The notes under the pieces were generated by a model. That model saw only the letters and a list, made by a program, of their open reading frames with translations. It was not told the DNA's origin and did no database searches. From Styela clava (Eukaryota), in assembly GCF_964204865.1 (NCBI RefSeq), contig NC_135258.1, positions 21,514,001 through 21,578,000 on the forward strand: 64,000 bases of DNA. The letters are read 5' to 3'. The position numbers and the translations under genes were made by a program. This document shows positions 1-13,300 of the stretch, piece by piece (position 1 is the first letter of the stretch; every line of letters begins with the position of its first letter).

Positions 1-3000
1 TACCTGGTAAGCCATGAATTATATAGTTTTGGACACAAGGCGACCTGTCAACGGCCCCATACCAATCGGGCGGTCAGCAGCGATCTTTCGCTCAAAGAAA
101 CTGACCCCTTGCTTACCTTTTATGATGAAATCAATATAAAGCGAACAATTTTTTGAGTAGGGGTCAGTTTTCTCATGTGACGGCTATTTCACACACCTCG
201 ACTTCAGCAATTGACCGTGGAAAGTTTCCTTATGATATTTTACTACACTGTGCACACAGCCGGAAGGTGGTTAAACATAGGGGTGACTGCGATAGGGACT
301 GGGATAGTTCTTCTAAATAGGATAACTGAAAGGTTTTCAAATTCGGCATTCAATGGTAAATAATTTTTAAGTGATTGGCATATGCATGAAGACAAAGGCT
401 ATTATTTCATACATGGACAGGGAACACTAAAGCGCAACAAAATACTACAACACAACGAACAAAAAGATCGCGTTCCTGTAACAAACGAAAAGCATGGTGC
501 GTTTAACGGATAACGTCACCGAAACTTCACTGCCCGGTTCAATATAATGTGATAGCCAAATCAGAAAATACAGGATGGATTCGAATCAATTTGATTATCA
601 TTTATCGCACAACAACCAAATTCGTTTAATGGCGGCTCTAAAATACGACAGCGATGAGGAAATATACTTTGTTTTGAGCGAGAGAAAACTACACTAGATG
701 TGTACTTTTGGAATGGACAGTATCAATACCTAATAATATTTACGAAAAAATCAGAATGTTCCATTAAGGGCATATTTATACTAATTCGTATAATATGCTT
801 TGCATAGCACTTTAGATTGGTCGTTTTCGGTCACGTAAAATATTCCCGATTTCAGTTGAATGGCGCCTCGGAAGGATTCGCCCGATTTGATTTATATAAG
901 AGAACCCGGGCAGTTTGACACCTTTAAGTATACATATAGGACAACAATAGCGTTAGATATTTTTGGCAGTCTGCATTATTGAGTACATTCACGATGACTC
1001 ATGGACGCATCTTCCGCGCCGTAGTTCATAGATGGATGAATTAATAAAAAATTTTCAAGTTAGTGGCATTATTGTTAACATCAATTAAAATCGTCAATAT
1101 ATACGTATTATGTTAGGAATTGTATGAAAAAGAAAGCAATATTTATTACTGTCAGTCACATGCGAATTATATGTTCAATCCTTGAGGATATTGTAGATAA
1201 ACCCATTTTACCTACAATCCGACTCAATGAATTTCCTGAAAGAAACGGACACAAGGACCAGTTTTTGAAGTAGGTACTTCATTTTATTTATGACGAATTA
1301 CTTATCCCACTTATACGATAGTCGATACATGTGCGAAAATTTTATGTTCTTGAATTTTTACCAACTTCGTAAAACTGTATGACATCATAAGATAATTAAC
1401 GCATTGCTAATATGCCGATATGCTTGGTAAATTAATGAGAATTGTTCATTGCGCTATAATATATGAATACAGTAAGGAAAAACCTGGAGAAATATACTCT
1501 AAATTACATATTTGCTTCGATGATGAGGTAGATATTTTATCGGATTGAGAGTTTACAACGGTATTAGCGAGTAGAAAGACAATTCCGGCTAAATTAGCTA
1601 AACTATTCTATAACGTACACGTATAATCATAACGTCACCTCGCAAAATCACAACGTCAAGCGGTTCGGCTGGAAACAAAAACACGTCTTTGAGTGCCTTC
1701 GGAAACATGTTATCTTGTGTTGATAAATCATACGACATTGCTCATTTGTTTAATTAACTAATCAACACCGCGCAAACAGTACCCAACTCTTTCGCAATTG
1801 TAAAGTCCTCAGAATTAAGAATGTTTTGATTGTTTCGTGTTTCTCAGCAATTCATCGCGTTAACACCATTGAACGGAGATTTGCCAGAACAAGCTCGAGC
1901 TCTCGATAACTTTGCATTATGTACTACAAAAACCCATTCCACAGACTCGTTTAAGGAAAGGTTGGGACAAATTCTGATAGCTCCAACTAATTCGAACACA
2001 ATGTTGTCAGTGTAACGGGTCCTCAAGAGGACCTCGTCGACTCTTCGAGTGGTGCTCGAAGTTTTTTGGCAAATTAAATGAATCGGTGAGAAACGGTGAG
2101 TTGTTTTCTTTCTGAATATTTCATTTATTTTATCATTGTCAGCATTCTGTTTGACTTGCGTGCACGAGATATTAATTATCTAAAATATGATTAGTCACAT
2201 ACAAAATAGGAGTGTTGTTTGTATTGCATGATATGACACGTATGGTATATATAGGAAATGGAATCTAAATGGATAACATGAAAGAGAAAACTACAGGAAG
2301 AACTAAAACTCTGCGATATTCTTGTTTATTCTGATATTATCAAATACAGATAAAAGATTAAGAAAAAATGGCCCGGAGTCCTAACTTGGTACCTTGATAT
2401 TAACATTGTAGGCGGAAAGGTTTCCAAATTGCATACTTTTTGGGTTTAGGAAGTATATGAATCAAACAATCTATGTCTTGAGCAGATGATACACATGTAA
2501 ACCAGCGCATTATCCAAGCTGCGATCTGCAGCATGCTAATCAAAACATCTTTTTTGAAATTTCAATAGAGATGGAAGTGTATCGTCTCTTGCGTATATTA
2601 AAATTTCATAACTGTCCTCGGTTTGACATGCGAACAAGGTATGCTAAAGATAATTATTTGCGTTTCTACCCTCCATTTTCAGGATTAGAAACTTTGGAGA
2701 ACTGGAAATCTGAGACGATTGTCTTTTAAACTATTAGTTTCTTATGTAGGGTATATTTATAAAATTAGTTTGAAAATATTTTGCATCACTGCGTCCTACT
2801 TGATTCGCAAATACATGGGGTAACTGAGTTCTGTGGTATATGTGGTTACAAGACTTGCAGTAAATTCCACTTCGAAAATAAAATAAAAAATAACTTAACC
2901 GCTAGTTTTATCGTCGTGACAAAAATGACTGTAATGACTTTACAGGTACATTCAAAACAAGAATATTAAGACTAAAATCGCGATAATATAACCTACTTAT

Positions 3001-3555
3001 GGGAAATTTGATATGTTGTCATACCTCGGAGCCAGGAAAGGTATTAAGATGCTGCGCAAGATTAAACCAAAACGTTTTCTAACGCTGCAAATAAAATTAC
3101 AAATACTTCCATCAATCAAGAATGATACAGACATAAAATGCAGATATGGACCATTCCTGGCAGAGAATACCGATACGTCACAATGCAATGCGATTTTCAT
3201 AAAAATTTCCACTTTTCAAAGCGAGACTCATGAAATCTTAATGCCACTAAGGGATCGGCTTACAGCTAAGGAACCCACCATCATAGCGCTGACCAATTAA
3301 GGTGAATGAGCAAGATATATGAAGGTCATTTGAATTTTGAGCAAGTTATTTGAGATGCAAAAAACTGATACCGACGACCGCGGAAGGATGATTTGTAACC
3401 AGAACCGAGGAGATATTGCGTTTTCAATTTCAAATTATCCAAAAAGCAATACGAGAACTCGAGAATCAAGTTTTCGTCCGCAGGCTAAAGTCGAATAATT
3501 TCTTCGTGAAAATCGAATCGCAAACGTCTAAATAAATGAAAAAGTGTAAGGCAAG

Positions 3556-5884
3556 TAGGCTTGCACGTAATTTACGGATTTACGGAATTACGTAATTATT
3601 TTGAGTTACGGAAGGGAAGTTACGAATTCCGTAAAGTCGTAATTATTGCATTGAAACGAGCTTTCTTCAAAGCAGTCAATTTCGTCGATTGCGAAAAATG
3701 AAAGCTCAACAAGTAGAAGTTAGAGTTCCGGTATTCGCAGCCGTTTTTCTCTCTCTTGTTACGTAGGTGAAGGAGGGCATGACGCGTTGCCATTCACTAA
3801 CCTATTATCAACTTCTCTGGCATGGCCAATGTAAATTATTAACGTAGTTAAGGGGGAAGAACTGAGTAGGGCCGTTTGACGCCAACACACCTGGTTTTAA
3901 CTTCTCCCGTAACTTAACCGTAGATAAGAGATAGAATTGCGTTGAGACCGATTGACGCTAACACACCTGGTTTTAACTTCTCCCGTAACTTAACCGTAGA
4001 TAGGGGATAGAATTGCGTTAAGACCGTTTGACGCCAACACACCTGGTTTTAACTTCTCCCGTAACTTAACCGTAGATAAGGGATAGAATTGCGTTAAGAC
4101 CGATTGACGCCAACACACCTGGTTTCAACTTCTCTCGCATCTTATCTAGCATGGCCATGGCCAATGTACATAATAACCGTAGATAGGGGGAAGAATTGTG
4201 TTAAGACCGATGGACGCTAACACGCCCGGTTTCAACTTCTTCGGGTGAAATGACTAATGAACGCAGGAGATCAATCTTTCAAACATGGTCTATCAAACAT
4301 TTGTATCCATTTTACTTTTATTTATTATTTACTTGTTCCAGTTTTCCGTTACCTATGGTATATATGTTCCGTTTCTATTTCATTTTATTTTATAGTCACG
4401 CGTTTAAATAGTGGGAATTCCCCACCAAGTGTGGATTAGCAATGCTTAACCATTCTTTAATGTTAATATCAACACTTGATATATGAACATGGAATATCAT
4501 ACTGTTTTTGGCTGTTTTATTTCATACTTAGGGTATAAACAGGAAAATATCCATAACCTTTCAACACGACGATTTTGTGAAATTTAACGAAGAGCTTTCG
4601 CGACGAATTGGAACCAAATAAGCCAAAAGAGCGATTGATCACTCGCGCCAATACCTCGCCGTGATAATTAATGTCGCGCTTATCAAATAGCAATATGACG
4701 ACAAAAGAGAGATTGCGTAATGAACCAACGCAACTTCGTCTTCTCGGCATCGGTAAAGCGATTGAGACGGCAGAGAAACAGCAAAACGACGGATTCCTCG
4801 CGGACCGCAAAAAAATTTAACTGCTATCATATATAATCAAATATGAGCCAGTGTGTTTATTCTGTGCGAGATCCATTTTCTATTACAAAATCTTGATGTT
4901 CTGTTAACGGTTTTATCGTTATATATCAGTCCGGACTTGGTCTTGCGCATGATGTTTTTCACAATTCCTCTCAATATTTCGGCCATGTATGATTAACTGT
5001 CTTACCAAATGCGGCAACTTATTTTGATTTATCGTCTACTTGAATACCACCGGCACTCGACCAAACTTGTGTCAATCTTGGCCGATAGGATCGCCGACTT
5101 GAGTTAGCAAATTAATGTCGTGAGTGTAAAATAAATGTCACAAAATGCATTGTTTTGCGATATAACTTTTGTATTTTCGGAGAAGGCATATCATATAAGT
5201 TCGATATTTAAACTATACTCAAATAAATAATATTTAATCTAAATTTATCGCAAATAATGTTTTAAACATTCAGTCCGCGAAATGATTAAATGTAAAATGA
5301 AGCATGGTAATCGGAATATCGTCAATAAGTCGACATCAATAATTATTATTATAAAATGCTAACAAGGCAGTAATGTCGGATAATGCAGAAGACGCTGCAA
5401 AAACAAGTCTTCGTCGCGAGGAAATCGCAAGTATAATCAAATGAGTGAATACGCTCGTCGTTGGTTAATAAATTAGAAACCCTTAATTTTTATTCAGTAC
5501 TAAGGTGGTTTTAAAAAACTATCGTTTCCATAAATATCCGTATACCAGTGTCGGTAATGATAAAATAAAATTGATCGCATAAAAATGGGACGGTTAATTT
5601 GCGAAGGTGATAAAGGAAATCAAAGCTAACACAAAAGATAAAAATCAGAATAAAATTAATTTGAATTCACTCCTTGATATTTGTCTTTAACATCTGCCGA
5701 TGGCGTGTAGTACTGCCAAGAATATGAAAACCCAACTTCAATGTCCCATTCGGAAAAGAAGTGGATTCAATTGGTTGTTATGATAGGTTTAAATGCGTGG
5801 AAAAATATCACAATTACGGGGTCATTACGTAATTGATTTTGCCGTAATTACGGAATTGATTTTTGTCAATTACGTGCAAGCCTA
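3556..5884. mobile_element. Non-autonomous hAT-superfamily DNA transposon (2.3 kb) in an FGFRL1-like intron
   Basis: Perfect 17-bp TIRs (TAGGCTTGCACGTAATT ... AATTACGTGCAAGCCTA), perfect 8-bp TSD AAGGCAAG at 3548-3555 and 5885-5892, clusters of TTACG/CGTAA motifs inside both ends, no transposase ORF. Confidence 0.93.
3808..4240. repeat. 76-bp minisatellite (~5 units) inside the hAT element
   Basis: Unit starts (CCG[T/A]TTGACGC[C/T]AACACACCTGG...) at 3872, 3948, 4024, 4100, then 4207 after a longer variant unit; a degenerate partial unit lies upstream from ~3808. Confidence 0.92.
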
Positions 5885-7301
5885 AAGGCAAGTACTGTGA
5901 AAGATAATAATCAAGAAGCAAAGATATAGAGGTATTTATGATATCAGAAAGTGAGAAAATTCGTATGTGCAGTTTCCAAATAATATATTAAAGACGACCC
6001 CCTAAATACTGTATCGTATATAATATATATGATAGGAATTTGACCTCTTAATTGGCCATCATTTCTGCCACCCTTCGCCCATGTTTTGCAAGATTAACAC
6101 TAAGGTATTCCACCTGTACATATCCGTAACCTGTTTTATGGTTAAGTTGAAACAACTCATGGATGAAAGTGGGGATTCGTTAATTTAAGAGTTTCCTTTA
6201 TTACTATACTACAAGATTACCCAATCTGTGTTGCAGTTTCTTTGGCATCTTGATAAATTCCTATACCGATAGGCACCCAATTAAGAAGGCTACAATTGTA
6301 TCGAGTTTGTGAAAATATGCCAATTAGGTTAGTTTTAGTGTCCAAGCCACGCACATCTGCCTCTTACGATTGATATGTAGTTCTCGTTGAGTACTCATCA
6401 CTTAAGAATAAAAGTAGTTTGTACTCGTTCAGTCAAGCTTGAATCAGTGGGAACTCGAGTTTTTAATGTTCATTCATCGGGGATCACTACTCGGCCGGGC
6501 GCCACACGCTTATCAGGCGAAATAAGCCGTAAAACCTGCGTCACGCTTACACTGAAGGTCAAAGGTTTCCAAGATAGTTGCTAATTAGTCAGTGGGTAAG
6601 TACTCAGAATTAATCAAAGCTAATACTGAACACCTATTCAAACAATGGACGGAAATGATCAAGGAAAAGCCAAAAATAAAGACTTTGTTTTATTTAACTT
6701 CCCGTATCATTGCACTCGCACAGAAAAATGAATATTTAATACTATGCTATGACATGTTTGTAATTTTTCAATATATTTTCAATAAAATAGAGTACGTTCG
6801 GAATAAACTGAAAAAAATCCATTTTTGTATGTTTATAAAATCATTAACACCATAATGCCTTTCCCCCATTTCCGTAAATTTATTCCGAGTGGGAACATTA
6901 TTACCGTATTTATCAGTATCCTCCAGCGATCATGTAATCCCATAATAAACAAAATTAACATGATGAGATCAAAGAAAATCCACGAAAAAAATGAAAATTG
7001 TGGTAGCATATTCGAATACGCTTGAATAAGCGCACATACCAGAGAAACAGGCAGTAACGAATGAACGAAAAAAACTTAAACCATACAATGAGAATTATAT
7101 GTGTGAACCAAGTGAATTTTACCCATTTAACATGTGTTTATAATTAATGGCGACGAATTAGCGCAAATCGGTGCTTGGCTTATAACATCATGATAAATTT
7201 CGGCGCGTTTCAACGTTTTACGGTCTATCTATAACATCAACATGAATAAACCAAAAAGCTGAAATTTGCATACCTATGAAAAAACACGAAAAAATATATA
7301 C

Positions 7302-10300
7302 CTTTAACAGTTAATTTAATCTCATGATCCACTGATCCATACGGATTCGTAGCAGTGCACTTGTAAGTTCCTGCATCACTTATTCTTACATCACGTATTC
7401 GAAGATTTAATCCAGATTTTAAAATCTTAAATCTGTTCCGTAATCCCAAAATCTCTTCACCTGAAATGGTAGATGACGTCATAAGTAAGTACGTCACTTC
7501 TGAAATATGTCTTTTGTTTAGTATATATCTTTCGTTTTAGTACTATTCAATGATTTCGCATGACAACTTAATAAAATAATTGTACTCAAAACAAATATAA
7601 GTGTCAGTACTAAGTGTCAATAACTAACATTTTAAAAACCAAGCCAACTGCTTGTAAGACTTCCAGCAGTTTAGATTTTCGCCTTAAGCAGAGTATCAAT
7701 AAAATAAAAACTTGGTCCTTTTAAAGTGCACGAGATCTGTTCGCCCAAGAGTCGAATTTTAAAAAAATTGGGTCGAAGTGAAAGCGCCGGTCGACAACCG
7801 ATAAGTGACGGTTAAGATTTCTTATAAAGAAGCTTGGACCCTTGCTTTGAAATTCGGCATACAGTTTCATGAAATAACCAATTTAAAATTATTTGATTTG
7901 TGGGTTTGTATCTAGTTTTTGTTTCATTTTTGAAATGCCAAACCTATCTAAAATGATAGCTTTCATTTTTTAATAAAATTTGATTTTCACCCTTTTGTAT
8001 TCTATAGGTATAGGGTTCAGTTCAAATCATGACGTACCTCGTACATCGTATTAGTTCATTGAATGAAAAAACAAAAACAATTCGAGTAATATTCCGTTGG
8101 TGGTCTTACACTCCGAGCATGTATCACCCACTTGACAGGGAGGGTTAGACTTAAGGGTCAAGAGCCGGATGCTTTGCGTGCGAGCAAAGCTACAACGAAA
8201 GTGTGAAGAAACACGACAGAAATGGTCGCTATGAAAACACGCTAATTTTGATTACGGTAAATTTTTCAAGTTCTTGTACATGATCAGTTATATTAGACAT
8301 ATTTGACACACAATTTAACGGATTATATATAGTTACCTATACAGATTTAAGAGACGTGAATCGACTCGCCAATCAAAGGCCGGATATAACAAAAAACATG
8401 TAACCCACTAATAACTTTAACGAATTCTTCAATAAGATTAGTTTTACCTTTTTTTCTGAATAACCGACTTCAAATAAATTAGGAATCCGTTATTCAGAAA
8501 CGCTGTAAAATGATCCTTACGTTTCATTGCTATGTCGATTGCATAATGAACGAAACTGATACAAAAATCGTAAATTCAAAATTTACATCGAAAAATATTT
8601 TCAGCGGTAGTACAGCGTTTCTTGATGGATAAATTTATCGTTAGTTATGCAGTTGACGTTGTCGGGTAGTCTTGATTGACAAGAAGTTAAAAGTACCACA
8701 CTTGAGCAAACTACAAAAATATCTTTTTTGTGGCGAGGTTGAAAACCAAGTCTATGACCTCGGCGCCTATCGCCAAATATCGTTGACGTACGACAAGCAA
8801 TCAATCGGCATAGTTCTAATGTATTGAACAATAAAAGTTAGACGAGATAAAAGAGCCGCTTTGGAAGTGGGTATGTGTGCCTAGCCATATAATCCACTAA
8901 ACAAGCATTCGCTGAGTACACACGGACTTCAGAATTAGGAAGTGCACGTTCACCACAATTTAAAAGTAGTTGCTTTCAATACAATACTCTATTTTGAAAA
9001 CTCTAAACCACTCAATATCATCACAACACGCAAAATATAGCTTTCAAGGGTACGCAAAAATCTCGACCGGAGTTTATACTGCGCACACCAAGAACATGAA
9101 ATTATGTTAAAAAAAAGAGCTGAGAAATTGAGAATACATAAAAGAAAATATACGGAGTAACTTTGAAACGATACTGCCAACATGCTAGTTCCACTGAGAT
9201 AAAGCTAAAAAATTTTATCATGTGTATGTTTTTCGAATACGTCTTGTCAATAAGTATGATTTCGAATCTGTTCCCAATGTATATGTCACTGTGACGAAAC
9301 GCATATGACGACACCTAACTTCTTTCTTTTTCTGCTTGTACGAAAAGTCAAGCAATAAGTGATCATGAATGCTTATGACGATCCTCATTAAGAATACATT
9401 TATAAGTCTGCGGTAACCTAGTCTGTTGACAGTGCTTTTTCATTAAGTTAGGTCTCAAAGGTATGGATGGCCTTCAAAATAACTCTAATTATTACATGCA
9501 GCTCTCGTAGCTCACGAGTTCGCCTGAAGTGAACAGAATGTCACGTCAAACTTGTATAGTTAGCAAACGTCTTTATAAAGCTCATTGTACACGCAGCACA
9601 TGCTCGTTAGTATGATGTTTGATGACGATATAAGGACGGCATTGAGTATACATGTGATGGTAATCTGTGTCACATTAAATAAATCTTATATGTAGAGTCC
9701 TATAACTATGAGTATGTTACTTGAACAGCTTCATCCTATTTGTTAATTTCTTGAACATACGGAGCACCACATTTTTAAATTTGGTGATATATATTGATGT
9801 GATTTCCTATCAACCCAAGCATTTAAACTATTCATATGGAGCGATTGGAAATTATTTGCATGTACTGCAATTATTTGAAGCGTCCGAGATATTCGATAGT
9901 AGCGATTTGGAATAGGAATGTGCAATATGCCCAGTAAATAGCTCATAACTGGACTTGGCGACAATATTATGCCTCCTCCCTACCAGCCAAAATGCTATTT
10001 TTTTTCTCAGTAAAAATGGTTCTCAATTGCGTAATATAAAAATAAATTTTCATAAACTTTAATTAAGCAGTGTTTGTTATATTGTTCCTTATATAGGGCT
10101 ACACAGCTGCTGCTCACTAATATGCGACCCAATTCAGTTAAGACAAAATTAAAGTTGAAACTAAATTGTTTGACATTCCACAGTATAAACGGATACAGTA
10201 CAAACTGAATTGGTTTCATTTGTACACCTGACGGATAAAACTGATTCTCTCTTATTTACAGATTTGTGTGTCGCGAAACTACATGTAGCAAATATAAACC

Positions 10301-13300
10301 AATATTGAGAGGACCAGTAAACCCGGCAAAGTATAATATTTGAACAACATCTATTTACAGAAAATGTTTATCCCTCCTGAATTATGAATTGATAAACACA
10401 ACTGCACATGATGCTTATGAATAAAATTATCGGAAAAAAAACTGAGTATTCCGTTTTTCTTTTCTATTTTGGCAGAAGTCCAAAATTGACGAAAAAGTAT
10501 GTGAAAGTAAACCTAATATTTTAGTGATTATGCGTTAAAATAAAAACTTGCACGTCTGTGCCATGCTGTTAAGACATCATCTGCAGAACATCATATATAC
10601 GTTTACTATACACGGACTCAACACTTACGAACGTACCGTTTAGTTTCCATGATATAAGAGGTGGTGAATCTGCCTCAATTGTACAAGGCAGTACAACAGC
10701 TTCGCCAATCACTGCTGATAACTTGACTTTTGATTCCCCGGTCAATCTTGGAGGACCTGAGAAATGAGGAGTATTATGAATAGGTTGTAACGCTACTACA
10801 GGTCATTTTTGTGTAAGATTCATTTAGTATTAGGGTTATAACATTTTCACATGAGTCGCATCGAGCGCTATTTGCGGTATTTTGGCCACAATAGCGATTA
10901 CAGGGATGGATAGGTTTATTCCGTACCAAACGGAATTTACTGTACACAGGATTAAATCGTAATTAAAAGGTTGGCCGCGGTTGGCGGCACACCAGTAACT
11001 TGTAAGCGATTAGTGCCGGTAGCTTAGCATACAGATTATAGTAACCAGACATGGTTTTCGTGGTGATCCAACGATCAACCCATGATGGTTTCATATGAAA
11101 TCGAATGGCTACTCCGACGGACGCCATATTCAGCGTGAAATTGTCAAGATTTTACGGATGCTTTATTCACAACGGGATTCGAACCCAAGATCTCTTCCGA
11201 TGCGAAATCATTTTTGCGAAAACGATCTCGCTACATTAATACCAAAAACGTATTCATTTCTTCAATAATGGATAAACACCTTGGATTTACTAATAAAACA
11301 TTTCACTTTTACTCTATTGCGCAGAATATTTAGCTTGGAAACGACGTCGATTAGTAACATTTACGTCCTAAAGAAAATAACAGTCATTTTATTAATACAG
11401 CGCCCCACTCGCGCTAGAGATTTTTTATTAGTAATTCTTTAACAGTGTAATGAAATCGTCTTGTCATAAAACTAAGTATTATTTGTATTTGATAATACGA
11501 AATCTCGATAACAATGTGTACCATTATAAACATCACAATGAGTCAAATTATGATCACAATCTCAAAAATATAGGAAAATGAGCGCGATTTCTATGGTCAC
11601 CTAACTATATTCAATCCGTGAAAATTACTGGTGTTCTGAATTTAGAATTACTGATTTTTGCACTTTATAAAAGTGACTCTTCCCTTTACGACAGGAACAA
11701 ACAAAAATCGCTGTATTTGTACCACCGCTCCGACTAAACGATTGTCATATAAACATACTATTTGCCCAGGAAATCGAAAAAATTTTATGTTTTACTTCTG
11801 TCTCGGCGTTGGCCTCATGTATAGAGTAATGGACGAACCGAACATAAATATGCGCCTGATTCTACCTATAACGTAAGTATGGTTATGTACTGATTTACCT
11901 ATCTGCAGACTCAAGCCGTGTAATCTGCTACCAAAAATTACATACTTTTGTCTATTCTAGTTGCCATAAATGCCTTGCAAACAAGTCACTGAACGGAATA
12001 TATGGATTGTACTAGGGCCCTGTAAATATATTTATACTGGTGTTGCTAGTAGTCGCTGTGCTACGTTTATATAGGAAAGTTTAGGAAGTATTCTTCAATA
12101 CTAATCTCTAAATAATATATATTTTTTTGGAAAAATGTCGTATATTATGCGCGATCCTTTAACAAATTAAAAGGAAGGTTCATGATAATAAGATAAACTG
12201 CCATAACAAAGCTCAAAACTAAGACGAATTATTAAGGTCGTAATATTTGGTCTTGGTTGGCCCGTTAATCAAGTTCATTGGCGTCATGCTTTTAAACAGT
12301 TATAAGTGAAAATTAGTTTTAGATAAAGTATGTCAAAATATAACAAACGCGAGTGGACCTCAACTATTTTTTACAACGTATTTCGAGTACAACGGATGAA
12401 CATGCGATCAAAAGTATATATGGCGTTTTATTTGTTTTTCCAAGAGAAAGTTACAAGATACGTTTGATTAGATATAAAAATACAAGTCACTGTATGATAT
12501 AGTTTATTATTCTTTCGGGCTGGAGAAAATGTAATTCGCTGTTGAGTTTTGTAAATCTTACATAGGAACGTACTTACATAATGTAAAAGGGTTTGCAAAA
12601 AGAATCAAATTACAGCAATTTTAAACAGTTTTTTCTTTTCCAAGTCCTAATCTATGCACAGAGGATCAATTGACTACAAATAATAAATCGACTAACAGTC
12701 AAATGCTAAAATGTGACCTATGTTTTCAGTGACTAATTGTAAAGTTTGCGTTAAACGAAATTGTTGAAGTTTTGTACAGCCGTCAGCTGGTGTTTCTGTT
12801 TCACGCCAACAAAATAAGCCAGATAATGATTGTGTTATTTACTAAGCATTATGTTCATTTATTCACAAAAGAAACTTCGTTTACTGTAAATACTATCTTT
12901 CCCATACGCCAGAAGGCATTTAGATCCTTTTCTCGATCTACGTGACGGGCTGAATGCCGTTATCTCATAAATTACGACGGAGATGGTGCGTTAGAAGTTT
13001 AATACGGTTTTTGTGGTATTTTGTATGAAGTTCGGAATTCAACATAAAATATGGTAAGAAAATCCATATTCGGTAAAGAACAAATAAAAGTTTTAATTAA
13101 GCGTTTTATTCGTCCCAGTGTTCCCATTAGTGCAAAATTGAGTATTAAACCTGTGAAATTTTTTACCTGGTTTTTAAAGATAAAACGACTAATTAATGAA
13201 TATTCGAAAATGCCATAACCAAACCAATATATTTCTATGTAATCAATGAAGGATTTAGGTGAGATTTTCTCAAGTGATTGATGTCACATCAGTAAAACGC

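Noticed and set aside
98-170. 12-bp inverted repeat AAACTGACCCCT / AGGGGTCAGTTT
   Set aside because: Too short, with no TSD or second copy in the window to support an element call.
3872-4240. Regular repeats that could be taken for a CRISPR array
   Set aside because: The units are contiguous near-identical 76-mers without unique spacers, in a eukaryotic intron, with no cas genes.
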